NCBI GenBank assembly: GCA_043228905.1
Contig: JBHGNT010000013.1
Coordinates: 9,238,001 to 9,302,000 of the forward strand
Length of the DNA: 64,000 nucleotides
Reading direction: 5' to 3'
Source of the DNA: Azolla caroliniana
Lineage: Eukaryota; Plantae; Polypodiophyta
The notes beneath the pieces are model-generated. The model was not told the origin of the DNA, made no database searches, and worked only from the letters and a program-made list of their open reading frames with translations. The translations under genes and the position numbers were made by a program. Positions 47,456-59,905 of the stretch are shown here, one piece after another (the stretch's first letter is position 1; each line of letters begins with the position of its first letter).

Positions 47456-49681
47456 ATGGATGGCGAATATCTCATGGAGGCAATGTCAAGAAGGATGATG
47501 GAGTTTCTGAGAGAAGAGAAAAGAAGAAATGAAGCCCAACAAGCCGTCGACAAAGTAGTCGAACGAATGAGCTATTTCAACGGTGCCGAAGTCCAAAGTT
47601 TCCTAAAAGTCTACAATGCGGAGATGGATTCAAGAGCTGTGGACAAAGCTATGAGGCTAGAGTACTTTTGTCGGGTGGTGTCTCAACCGATCTTCAAAGA
47701 TGTAACAGAGCTTCTAGAAGCTCATGATTCGTGGGCGACTTTCAAGAAGGCTCTATTGGAGGAATATGGCTATGAGAGGCAGAAGGGACAAGATCGACGC
47801 AGCTTCGACCAATGGGTGACATCAGCGAAGACCCACCAAGGTGCGACACAAGCATTCGTAGACTTCGAGCATCATTTTTCTCAATTGTCGGAGCGGGAAC
47901 AAAGATTGGTGGGGGTCGATAAGGTCCTTATGTTCGTGAAGTCAATCGATCGAATGGAAAGGATGGCGATCGGCCTCAAACTCGAAGAAGATGATGGTGC
48001 AAATGGCCTCATCGAGGATTGGAGCAAAGTGGAAAGTGTATGCCGACTACACGATAAGGGGCAAGCGAGAATATCGGCGACAACAAGACGGCCCATGAGG
48101 GACGATCGAAGAGGGACGAGATGCAACAACGTGCCACCAACAAAAGAAATGAAGCTTAAAAGGGAGACAAAACCGAGGCGAATGGTGATCGAGGAAGAAG
48201 AGACCTCCCAACAAATGCGGGTTAATGAAGTGGCCGATACAAAGGCTCTGGTTCGGTATGACGGTACCGAGAGAGAAGGTGTGAAACAAGTCACCTTCTT
48301 GTCTTACAAAGAAACGACGGCGAAGGAGGAGGCCGATGACTCGAGGACGGCGAACGCCACTTCGAGGGAGGATAAATGTTTCGGAACACGCATTGTGTAC
48401 GAAACATCGGGTGATGACGGCGCAAGCATGAGAAAAGCTTGCATGATCGAGGGAGAAAAAGTGTTTGAGTCTGAAGAGATTGAGGAGGTAGCCATGACAA
48501 ACGACATCGAGTCGGAGGTGGCTATGGATGAGTCGACGACGGATAGCCATGTCGACACTTTCTTCACGCTTGTTCCAGAGACTTCGGCGGTTGCGCCCGT
48601 GTGCCAACGTGAGACCGGAGAGACGGAAGGTGGTGACGGGAAGACAAAGGCCCAACACAAGGAGGAAGAAGATCGAGGAAGAAAGGATATCCCCACACCT
48701 ATTCTAGAGACTTCGGCGGTTGTGCACGTGCGCCAACGTGAGACCGGAGAGACAGAATGTGTGGACAAAAAAGAGGACGACCGGAAGGGCGATGAAGAAG
48801 ACAAGGTAAATGTAAATGAACGAAGGGATTCCTTCACACCGGTTCCGGAGACTTCGGCAGTCGAGACCGTGTGTCGGCATAAGACCGAAGATAAAGGAGG
48901 TGGCGAAGAGGAGACAATATGGCTCGAGGCGAGCATACACAGAGGGAAGGATATGGCCGACGTGGAGGCCAAGGATGAAGCTGCGGTTAAGTTCGATGGA
49001 GAGGTTGCATGCGGGAAGGAAGGAAGAGTCGAGAACCGGTTGAACCGGAAGACGATCCGGCCGGGATTCCGACCCGAACGAAGGAAGATCCACATGGGAG
49101 CCGATCGACCGGGGCCGACCCGGCCGAAACCTGATTCGGCGAAAATCGATCGGACGATTCCGATCCAAAAGGGGGCCGACCCAGCCAAAATCAATCGGTC
49201 GAGCCCGACCCGGGGAAATGTGAATGCAGACGAAGGCCAACCAAGCCAAGAAGCGATCGGTGGAGACCGATCCGGACAAGGGCAAACCCGGCCTAATCGG
49301 AGATCGAGACGAACGATCTACAATACCCAGTTGAAGACGGTGAGCGTGAGGAGTGGCCAGGAGTCCAATCGAAGGACACGCGCGGTGGACGAAGGAAGAG
49401 CGGTCGTATCGACGACATCGTTCGGTAGATCTACTACAACCGATCGGGGAAGAAGGTGTGAGCGCCGGATATGGTGGATCGGGTGGCTACGGTGGTTCGG
49501 TTGGAAAGATTGTGCATACTCGAAGTGGAAGACGAAGTCGACGAGCGTGCAGAGGAACTCGGTTGATCACCGTTGCCAAAGATCTCACCTCTTCACCTTT
49601 CTCGGCACATACCGGAGGATGTGCGGGTTTGGTGGGGGTGGATGTCGTGACGATTTTCGGCTACGGTGTGAAACCGAGTGA
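47456..49681 (+). CDS. 741-aa Gag-like protein (helical N-terminal ~200 aa, acidic repeats, basic tail), running into the 3' LTR
   Basis: Intact ORF starting just after the PBS. FNGAEVQSFLKVY..SWATFKKALLEEY is a capsid-like pattern. No PR/RT/INT motifs. Confidence 0.75.
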   Translation: MDGEYLMEAMSRRMMEFLREEKRRNEAQQAVDKVVERMSYFNGAEVQSFLKVYNAEMDSRAVDKAMRLEYFCRVVSQPIFKDVTELLEAHDSWATFKKALLEEYGYERQKGQDRRSFDQWVTSAKTHQGATQAFVDFEHHFSQLSEREQRLVGVDKVLMFVKSIDRMERMAIGLKLEEDDGANGLIEDWSKVESVCRLHDKGQARISATTRRPMRDDRRGTRCNNVPPTKEMKLKRETKPRRMVIEEEETSQQMRVNEVADTKALVRYDGTEREGVKQVTFLSYKETTAKEEADDSRTANATSREDKCFGTRIVYETSGDDGASMRKACMIEGEKVFESEEIEEVAMTNDIESEVAMDESTTDSHVDTFFTLVPETSAVAPVCQRETGETEGGDGKTKAQHKEEEDRGRKDIPTPILETSAVVHVRQRETGETECVDKKEDDRKGDEEDKVNVNERRDSFTPVPETSAVETVCRHKTEDKGGGEEETIWLEASIHRGKDMADVEAKDEAAVKFDGEVACGKEGRVENRLNRKTIRPGFRPERRKIHMGADRPGPTRPKPDSAKIDRTIPIQKGADPAKINRSSPTRGNVNADEGQPSQEAIGGDRSGQGQTRPNRRSRRTIYNTQLKTVSVRSGQESNRRTRAVDEGRAVVSTTSFGRSTTTDRGRRCERRIWWIGWLRWFGWKDCAYSKWKTKSTSVQRNSVDHRCQRSHLFTFLGTYRRMCGFGGGGCRDDFRLRCETE

Positions 49682-50748
49682 GACGAATAAACCAAGGATG
49701 TGCAACATTGCACATGCACTTAGCAAATAACCCTAGCCTAGTGGCACTTGAGTTCATACACAGGGGTGCAAGCAAGGTTTGAACCTTGCACCTCTAAGAT
49801 ACAAGATAATTGCCTTACCACTAGGACAACTATCATATAATGTAGATTTTATGTATTTCCTTTTCATATACAAATTATAGACGAAACAACTATAGAAAAC
49901 CATGTGCACAAAACCATGGTTTTAAACCCATGGTTTGTGCATGACATAAGCAAAACCGTCTGCACAAAACCATGGTTTTAGCCCATGGTTTTGTGCATGT
50001 CACGAGCATGGAAAGACCTATAAAAGCCTCTAGTTGGGCTTGTGTAAGGGGGGCTCAATATGTGATATCACCAACACCATTATCATCAATATAAATTATA
50101 TTTGTCTTTATCTTCTTCATTATTTTCTACTTCTCAAGTGTACAATTTTTCTCCTTCTCAAGTAAACCAATTTCGTCTAATCTTACATTGATCGTCATCT
50201 AGCATCGATAATTCCGCGAACGTCCTCCCCAGTCCAAGACCCCGGTGGTCGCTCGAGTAGCACACGCACGCGCGAATCTTCGCGACAACGGATGTTGAAG
50301 AAGGCCCTGAACCGAACCTTCTCAATGAAAGACTTGGGTCCGGCAAGATAGATGTTGGGTATGCATATCATCCGGGACCAGCCAACGAAGCAATTGTGGC
50401 TTTCACAGGAGAAGTACGTGACAAAGGTGCCTCAGCTGTTCAACATGTCAGATGCGAAGGCATCCCATGCTGGAGTGAAGGGGGAGTTTGTTAAGATCTC
50501 GGTCCCTCCAGATGGGATACGAGTACCCGGCAAGGAAGACCCGGTGAGAACAAGATGTTGCAGGCCGGTGAGAACCTCTCACTGGATGAAGGGACATATA
50601 TGTAGATATGTCTCTAAGAGCCCATTGGGGCTATATCTGTAAATAGTTCTAATGTCATATTAGTATAAATATGACCTAGGGCAAACAATGTGTATGAGGA
50701 TCATAGTTGTTGTTATTATCTTCGTATAGTGTGGTTCGTGTAACGACT

Positions 50749-50785
<37 letters not shown>

Positions 50786-51863
50786 TACAGAGCATGTCTC
50801 TGTTGTAACCGCCGCCAGGCGAAAGATTGTGAGCAAGAGGTCGTTGCCTCTGTGCTCCCAGTTGTACTCCTTGACATAGTGATAATTAGGAGTCTGTGGA
50901 CTCCCGTGGTTTTTCCCTCTCAGGGCTTTCCACGTTAACATCTTGTGTATTCTCTTTCTGTTTGTGTACTTACCTCCACTCCCATTTCTTCTGTGTTTGA
51001 TTGCCATCAAGTGATTTGCGCTTCGGTTGTGGGCGGAGATTATTCCGCACATTTCTCGTCATTATCCTTGGTCGTCGTTCTTTCGCAAGATGAGAGGATG
51101 GCTTGTTCCACACCCTCTCCTATGTAATTGTTTGATGTATCTTGTCTTGTTTAGATCTTATTCTCTCTTACTTTAATCTCTTGAATCCTAATCTTTCTCT
51201 TCCTTCTCAGTTGAACTCCCAAGCTTCTCTCCCTTCTCCTACTCCCTAGTCCAAAACCCCCGTAGTCCCACCATTTTCGACACGCACACACGGATTTCCG
51301 CGACACCATCATCGTCTTCAAGTTCAATCCCGATGGCCATCATTTCTTTCCGATTGATCGATCTTACGAACATTAGGACTTTATCTAGCATCACCAATCT
51401 TTGTTCCCACTCCAAGAGTTGAGCAAAATGATACTCAAACTCTAGGAATGCTTATGTCGTGCTTTGGTGGGTCTTCGCCGATCCCACCCACTAGTCGAAC
51501 TCACGTCGACCTCACCCATTCGGTCTCTTGTAGTCATATGCCTTTAATAAAGCCTCCTCGAAAGTCACCCACATCGGGTTTTGTTGTTGTATCTCGTGGA
51601 TGCGAGCTCTTGCAGCCCATCCATGGCCACCCGATTGAAGGATATGACTTGCAATCCTTCCAATATCCCACATCATAGTTAAGACTCCATATATTCAGTA
51701 AGTAATTAAGACGCCACCTCTTTCCAATGAGGAGGTTCTAGTGAGAGAAAGAGAGAAGGTGACTACATAAGCACCTTCTCCTTCTCTTTGTAACTGTTGG
51801 TTCACTCTTGCTCCTTGTTAATAAAGTCTTCTTGTTTTCTGTATACATTATGTTCTCTCTCTC

Positions 51864-51910
<47 letters not shown>

Positions 51911-51919
51911 CTTCCACTA

Positions 51920-52348
51920 CACAGAATCACTCCCGATTCTATACAATAAGCTTCGGCATTATCGTTGATGATGAGTCCCATCAATTTTCTTTGTAGAACT
52001 TCTAAGAGAATCGCCCCGATCACTTCGTCAAGTGTTAGCTTTGTTGAGATGTTCATGATGGTCATGCAGAACACTTCCCAGCTTGTCGGCGGGCTCAAGA
52101 GAAATGCAAGGGCTTTGATTTCTTCTTCAAAGTTCAATCCTTGTGAGGAGAGTTTGGTCAACACCTAGCTGAAGGTGTTGACGTGGGAGGTTGTCGGCTC
52201 GGTTTCTTTCATCTTCATATTGAATAATTGTCGAATAATTGTCAAATCAATATGAGTCTTGACAAGCTCAACTTCTTTTCGTATATAGCTTGTAGCTTCT
52301 CCCACAGGGCCAATGTCGTTGTCTCTTTTGTCATGCTAAAGTAGACAA
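51920..52348 (-). mobile_element. Copia gag fragment
   Basis: LSSQGLNFEEEIKALAFLLSPPTSWEVF, homologous to 24185-24608. Confidence 0.7.
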
Positions 52349-53368
52349 TTGTAGAGCAAGATGATAGTTGCAGTCAAAAATCCCTTCGAACTTGTTTACA
52401 GAACTCATTTACACACCTTTATAGTCAGGGTAACTAGCCCCTAACTAAGATAGTGTGTTCACACTAGGAATACAGCTTGGGTGGAGTAGGTCTTTTAGTC
52501 CAACATAACATACGTCTTTTGGTGGAATTCCGATGTGATTCCCGAGCGATTCATGTGTTTAAGCGGGCATTTAATCGGAAGATGAGAGTTGATTGATCGT
52601 TGAGCCGCAAAGCTTCACACTCTAGATTTCGTGTCGTGGTGTCCAACCAAAGAAGGCAAAGGTCGTCAAAACGAAGGTCGGTGAGCAAAAACCCAACAAC
52701 CTTAAAACTCGACAAGCCCAAAACTCGAAGAGCAAAACTCGACGAGCTCAAAGCTTGATGAGTGTAAAGCTTGACAATCCTTTGACAATTCAAGGGTTCT
52801 CCGTCCAAGGTGAACCTTCATACTCCTCTCCCCTCTGAACTCCCTAGTCCAAGACCACCATGGTTCTGCCCGAGCAACACACACTCGTGACAACACGACA
52901 ACATGAGGTAGACAAAGCTTTTGAAAGGGAATTTCTTTAGTGTTGATAAATCCTTGAATGTGATCAATGAACAAAAATGGTGGTTGACGAGCATTACTTG
53001 TGTTAATAATTAATATTACTTACCTTGCGTTTCGACAAAAGCCTTAGTTTATAGAATTATGTGTTAGACTTCACTTGAAGAATCAATTGATATAAGACTT
53101 TGTATTTGTTTATCTATGGCTTCATGAGGTTATCATCCCTCTATTGTAAAAGTGCTTCAACTCTCTACTTAAAATAATTTGTCTATTGTTTTTCTCCATT
53201 TTTTCTTGTGACTCAATAGTTTGCATGGTGGACTTTATTCCACACTTTACCTATTTTAAATTTGTACATTGTATCAAGTTTGTTTAAGATACTAACACCA
53301 TGCATGGTCCTTCAAATTGAATTACTTCACATGGAAAGGGTTATCAAGCATATGCGTAAGCTTAAACC

Positions 53369-56300
53369 TGTTAGAAATATTGAGAATCGATTAGATAGGT
53401 ATATAGAGTTACAACTACAGAGATGGGATATATGAAAACAAAACTTCTATTACATATGAGAGTAGCTCACAATGGTAGTTTTCCCATGCACTCACACCTT
53501 AGAGCTTAGATAGGATATGGACCAGCACGCTACAAAATTAGTGGGGGCGGATAATCAAGCCAACCACTGTAAAAAGAAAGTGGATTGCTTTCTATGTTTG
53601 GTCTAAGTATAACATTAAATGTGCAAGTCAGTTGATAGTACTGGAGATATTCCTTTTCTGTCAACTGACTTGTCATTTAATATGATCAACTGCCTAGGTA
53701 TAGGCTAGTGTTAGATAGTACTTATCTTTAAGTCAATGACGCATACTTCAAGACTAAGTACATCGTAACTTGACCACAAAATATTCTAGTTGACTTGATT
53801 AGCCAATCCTATTACCTATTTCTCTCTTTCCTAAATACATCGTGTCCTACGCATCTACGGTTTCCTAGATTAACACCTTATCGACCCATATGGTCAAGTT
53901 GCACACTAGCCGCTCATTTGGGGCGCTATCACAAAATGTGCACTCTAAGAGCACATATGGGGATAGATTTACAACTTGGGGCTGATCATTGATTATATCT
54001 AACACGCCCCCTCAATGATCAACCCATTGAGTTCACTTGGAATTGGGCCAACTCCTAGTCGTCGAAGGTGTTGTTGTAATTGTTCTGCTCCAGGCGCCGC
54101 ACATAGTGATATTGAATCTCTATGTGTTTAGTATGTGCATGAAATACGGTGTTCTTGGCAATGGCCATGCAACTTTGATTGTCACACCTCAATATCGTTG
54201 TCGTCCTTATTGGAAATGCCACATCCGTAAGGATTCTTCTTAGCCAAACTACCTCGCATGCCACTATGCATGTTGCTTTGTATTTTGCCTCCGTTGAAGA
54301 TGTGCCACTATTGGTTGTTTTTTACTACTCCATGAAACAGCTCCAAAACCTATTGAAAAACAATATCCAAAAATTAATTTTCTAGAATCACTATCTCTAG
54401 CCCAGTCGGAGTCGCAATACCCACTAAGTTCGTCAATTGTTGGCTTGTAGAAGATTCCGTAATTTAAAGTACCCACAATGTACTTTAATACACGAAGAGC
54501 AGCTTTCCAATGAGTCTCCTTCGGCTTGTTGCTCAATCGACTCACCACACTGACTGCAAAACAAATATCCGGCCTAGTGTTGCATAGGAAAATTAAACTT
54601 CCTATTAGCTATCTATACTTCCTTATGTCAACCATTGGTGATGGGTCTTCTTGGGATAGTTTGCAGTTTGACTCCATTGGAGTTAACTTCGACTTGCTGT
54701 CCATCATCCCAAAGGTCTTCAAGATCTCTGTTGCATACTTTCTTTGTGACATGAAGATGCCAACTAAAGTTTGCCAAACCTCAATTCCAAGGAAGTACTG
54801 TAGAATCCCCAAGTCTGTCATTTCAAACTCAGTTTTCAAACACTCTTGTGTTTGGCCAATGCACTCTTCATTGTCACCAGTAAGAACTAGGTCATCCACG
54901 TAAATGATGACGATGACTTGTTTCCTGTCCTTCATTTTGACATACATACTTGCATCCGAAGCACATTGCTTAAAGTCGATTGATCGTAAGAAGCTGTCTA
55001 TCCTCTTGTTCCAAGCTCTTGGTGCTTGATTTAGACCATACAACGCCTTCTTCAGCTTGCATACTTTGTTTTCTGAATTCGGCATCTCAAACCCTGGTGG
55101 TTGCATCACGTATACCTCCTCTTTGAGATGCCCATTCAGAAATGCCGATTTGACATCCATTTGGTAAATCCGCCATCCTCATGAAGCGACCAACACTATG
55201 ACCATTCGAATTGTTGTCATGCGAGCTGTCAGGGCAAATGTTTCTTGTACATCGAACCCTTCAATTTGGGAGTATCCTTGGGCTACTAGCTTGGCCTTGA
55301 ATTTCTCCAAAGAACCATCAGCTTTATACTTTACTTTCCACACCCACTTCGTGCCTATCACCTTCTTCTTTGTTGGCCTCTCTACCAACTCCCATGTGTC
55401 ATTTTTCATGATGCTATCATAATCTAATATCATCGCCTCTTTCCACTTCGGGTTGGCCATGGCTTCCTCCACCGAGGTCGGCTCACTCATTGAGCCGATG
55501 ATGTCCACCATCATAGCCATGTTGACAATGTGGTCAGAGGTTCTCCCTTACTCTTGTATTCTTCTTGATCTTCGTAATCCATCAGTTGAAGTTTCAGGAA
55601 ACTCAACTTTAGGAGTACGGTCATTGAAGGGTTGTTAAGCCCACTTAGGTATTTTCTTTACATGTGGGACTGGCATAGGCTGAACTAGTGAGCCATTACC
55701 ATCAGATGGTTCAGCTTCCTTTTCTGGACATTACCATTACCTCTTCAGTTGATGAGATAACTTGAGAATCATTGTTCTCAGCTAGCTGTGGTTGTTCTTC
55801 ATCAAACACCACATCGCGGCTTGTCAATATCTTTCTTGCGTCTAGATCATAGAGTTGATAGGCCTTTGACTCTTCACTATATCCGAGAAAGATACACTTC
55901 TTGCTTTTAGCATCCAACTTCTTTCTACTCACATCTGGAACATGTGCGTAGCATGTACACCCAAAGGTTCTGAAGTGCAACACTGAAGGTTTCTTGCCTG
56001 AATAAGCTTCGTGGGGTGTTTTCCCTTGAAGTGCCTTCATGTAGCTCTGATTGAGGATGTAAATTGTTGTATTCACTACTTCCGCCTAGAATGGGTCAGG
56101 CAGCGCTTGTGCCTTCAACATACACCTAGCCATCTCAACAACTGTTCGGTTTCGACGTTCAACAGCACCATTTTGTTGTGGGGTGTAGGCAGTTGTAAGT
56201 TGGCGCTTAATTCCATGATCTTTGCAATACTCACAGAATTCTATTGATAAGAATTCTCCACCTCGATCAGAGCGTAACTCCTTCACTAACTTTCCGGACT

Positions 56301-58001
56301 CTCGCTCAACAAACTTATGCCATCTGTTGAAGATTTTAAAAGCTTCAGCCTTCTCCCGAAGGAAGTAAAACCACATCTTTCTACTGAAATCATCGACCAG
56401 CAGCATATAGTAGAGAGATCCACCCATCGCAGGAGTCACCATTTTTCCAGAGAGGTCGATGTGTATTAGTTGTAGAGGAGTCTTTGTCTGATTTTGACTC
56501 TCTTTTGGAATAGCTGATCTTTTATGCTTGCCCATCATACAAGCATCACAAACATGACTTAAGTCAGATAGGGTTGGCAACCCAACTACCAGATTCGACT
56601 TCTTCATCTCCTTCAACACAGCAAGATTGAGATGCCCAAATCTCTCATGCCATTGCTTTGTGTTAGTACTTGTGTTGTGGTCAGTAGAAATGGTAAGTGT
56701 GCTCAGCTCATAGAGATTGTTGCGCCTTACCCCTATTCCTACAACCTTGCCAGCAGAATCTGTTATTTTTGCACCCGACTTCTTGAATCGAAAATCAAGA
56801 CCCTTGTTGGTCAGTGCAGAAATGGACACTAGATTCTTCTTGAGATTTGGCACATACAACACTTGAGAGAGATGCTTTGTCCCGCCGGTCGTTGCTTTGA
56901 GGGAGACAGTTCCGGTTCCTTTGGCTAGACATCGAGCATTGTTCCCGACCACAACATTGATGGGCTCTTGTAGAGGTGTCCAAGAGCTATACCAGTCACG
57001 ATTACTGGTCATATGTCAAGACGCTCCACTATCAAGAATCCAAGAGTCGTCGACAACTTGGGTGTCAACTGAAGAACACACTTCTTCAGTTGCGACCCAT
57101 AACTCAAGCTCACCTACGACATTGTTGGCGGACTCGAGCTCTCTCCAAGAGGTCTTACTAGAACCATTCTTCTCGTTTGCCATCTTCTTCCGACAATCCT
57201 TGATTGTGTGACCCTTCTTGTCACAATAGAAACACGATCCATTGAACTTCTTCTTTGGTATCCTATTCGCATTGTTTGAATTGGATGCCCCTTTACCCTT
57301 ATTCCTAGAGACAAATGCCGAATCTTCCCTTCCTTCTCTTGTCTTCAGCCGAAGTTCCTCTTCAAGCAGCATCGCACTTAGTTCATCAAATTTTAAAGGA
57401 GTAGGTCGAACTTGAGTGTTCAATGCTGTCACAATGCCATCATACTTTAAAGGAAGTACTCTAATGCACCGACGAGCCATGTCCTCTTGAGAGACAACTA
57501 CTCCAACAGCCGCTGGCTCATCTTGAAGATCCTTAATCCTTTTTACAAAGGATTCTACTTTCTCTCCATCGGCGAGCTTCTCTACAGGAAGCTGATTTTC
57601 AAGGTTTTGTATCCTTGTATAGTTTCTGGTCTCATACTGGCTGGCCAATATGCTCCAAGCTTCATCTGCCTTGGTTGTATGTTGCACTAATGTTAGTACG
57701 GAGTCACATACACTAGTGACTATGGTACACATCACATCAACATTCCTTCTCTTCCAGGCTCGAAGTAGATCAACATTTGGAGGGATTTATGTGGTAGGGT
57801 GTGCAGGGTCAAAGGTCATCATGGGCTCAAGGTCTCCTCCTGTGGGTCCCATGATTGTCTCCAACAACTCATAGGAGTCCATAATGGCAGACATTTTGAA
57901 CTTCCATAGAGTGTAGTTGGTTCCATCTAGCTTTCCATCAGACAATGGAGGTGGGCGAATGTGCAGTGGAGCAGCTGCAACATTCGTGGACAAGGCCATT
58001 G

Positions 58002-58064
<63 letters not shown>

Positions 58065-58771
58065 CTCTGTGCTGCCAGACAGCAACTGCCTGTATATACC
58101 TAATCTAGATCAACCTCTTAACTCTAATACCATGTTAGAAATATTGAGAATCAATTAGATAGGTATATAGAGTTACAACTACAGAGATGGGATATATGAA
58201 AACAAAACTTCTATTACATATGAGAGTAGCTCACAATGGTAGTTTTCCCATGCACTCACACCTTAGAGCTTAGATAGGATATGGACCAGCACGCTACAAA
58301 ATTAGTGGGGGCTGATAATCAAGCCAACCACTGTAAATAGAAAGTGGATTGCTTTCTATGTTTGGTCTAAGTATAACATTAAATGTGCAAGTCAGTTGAT
58401 AGTACTGGAGATATTCCTTTTCTGTCAACTGACTTGTCATTTAATATGACCAACTGCCTAGGTATAGGCTAGTGTTAGATAGTACTTATCTTTAAGTCAA
58501 TGACGCATACTTCAAGACTAAGTACATCGTAACTTGACCACAAAATATTCTAGTTGACTTGATTAGCCAATCCTATTACCTATTTCTCTCTTTCCTAAAT
58601 ACATTGTGTCCTACGCATCTACGGTTTCCTAGATTAACACCTTATCGAGCCATATGGTCAAGTTGCACACTAGCTGCTCCTCATGTGGGCCGCTATCACA
58701 AAATGTGCACTCTAAGAGCACATATGGGGATAGACTTACAACTTGGGGCTGATCATTGATTATATCTAACA
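53369..58771 (-). mobile_element. Full-length Copia element G (LTRs 53369-54004 and 58133-58771); polyprotein ~57999-54040 disrupted by stops
   Basis: TSD AAACC, PBS TGGTATTAGAG at 58122-58132, PPT GAGGGGGCG, and motifs LDGTNYTLWK, CFYCDKKGH, WILDSGAS, RSDRGGEF, YVDDL, GYCDSDWA. Confidence 0.95.
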
Positions 58772-59905
58772 AAACCCTCACTCACATTTGACTTCCTAGA
58801 AACAAGTAGGAGGAAAAAGAGATGAAAGACATACCAAATGAATGAAAAATGTTGTTTGGAAAACTGGATGCTTTATATTTGCTTCATAATGTGCCAAAGA
58901 ATTCCTCCATAAATGAGGCTTTTTTGCAACACTGTTTCCCGACTTGGGAAAGACATGGAGACTCGTGTTTCACACATAATATCACATAGCTTGCACCAAA
59001 GTACAAAACCATCTCCAAAAAATCTTCATTTATATATGCTAGACCCATTCATTTTGTCTACATTCACACCTTTGTTTTCAAAAACTCAGCTCAACACTAT
59101 TGTGTCGTGATGTCAGATGGGGTGGGTGTCTATCAACCGTTGCTCCCATACACTCAACCTCCAATTTTCTTAGATGGGAAACAAGGCATTGGAGCATATG
59201 TGAGGATTCACCATATTAAAAGCTACATACTCATTTTCCTTTTTCTTTAGCAAGAGTCACATGGATCAATAAATTTGGAGCAAATGAAGGCTTGATCAAA
59301 GAAAGGGTAAAGGAATGGCTTTCATATAATGGGCAATCTTAATCAAGGGGTTAAGAGAGGAAGTTCTTATATGAGCATACATAAAGTAACATGATTTCAA
59401 GAAAGGAATGTGCATACAAAAAGTTCACCAAAGACATAAAAACTACTGCTTTACTGCAGTGACGTACCTTGTCAACTAAACAACAGATTTCTGCCTTACC
59501 AACACACTAAACTAGAACAGTCTGCAATAAGAAACTCCAATTGAATGTACTGATTGGTCATAAATTAATCTAATAGCTTCCTCATTCAAATATAAAATGT
59601 GGACATATCCTTCTTACATAAACATTACTCAAAACTTAATTCCATGTAAAGAGAAGAAATAAATCTGCCATCTCCTTGTTGAAATACAAGCATACTGCCA
59701 CCAGAAATAGAGACAGAATGGTAAGTGATTGAAAGAATGACTAGAGATTAACCTAGTTTCTTCGACATAGCCAATCAATCATCAACATATGCTGATTTTT
59801 GAACTGGGTTGAAAAGCAATGTAACAATATCTGCTTTCACCTTTCAACGAAGAATGTTATTGAAGAACAGAATCTATTTCAAAAACTAAGAGTCCACACA
59901 ATTTC

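Larger units (their letters stand above)
46767..50287 (+). mobile_element. Gag-only LTR element E; 645-bp LTRs at 46767-47411 and 49643-50287
   Basis: LTRs look identical. 4-bp TSD ACGG (46763-46766 / 50288-50291), PBS at 47417-47433 and a single ORF. Confidence 0.93.
40788..51061 (+). mobile_element. Copia element C (LTRs 40788-41415 and 50489-51061), pseudogenised, RNase H deleted; hosts D and E
   Basis: TSD TTATC (40783-40787 / 51062-51066), PBS TGGTATCAGAGC at 41419, gag LTGSNYSVWK, WVVDSGVSFH, DNGGEY, LDVKTAFLHG, and PPT GAAGGGGGAG at 50477. Confidence 0.93.
40290..51680 (-). mobile_element. Old degenerate relative of element E (pieces at 40290-40787, 51062-51120 and 51306-51680), split by element C
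   Basis: ETSAVV..RETGETKGG repeats and DKVLMFVRSIDR..AIGIELEDDDG match ORF 47456-49681. The sequence is continuous across the TTATC TSD. Confidence 0.75.

Noticed and set aside
45581-49285. Long antisense ORFs (291, 231, 203, 296 and 193 aa)
   Set aside because: Shadow frames of GC-rich pol or gag sequence with no recognisable motifs.
52350-53000. Possible additional LTR or repeat fragment
   Set aside because: No confident termini, TSD or coding similarity could be established by eye.
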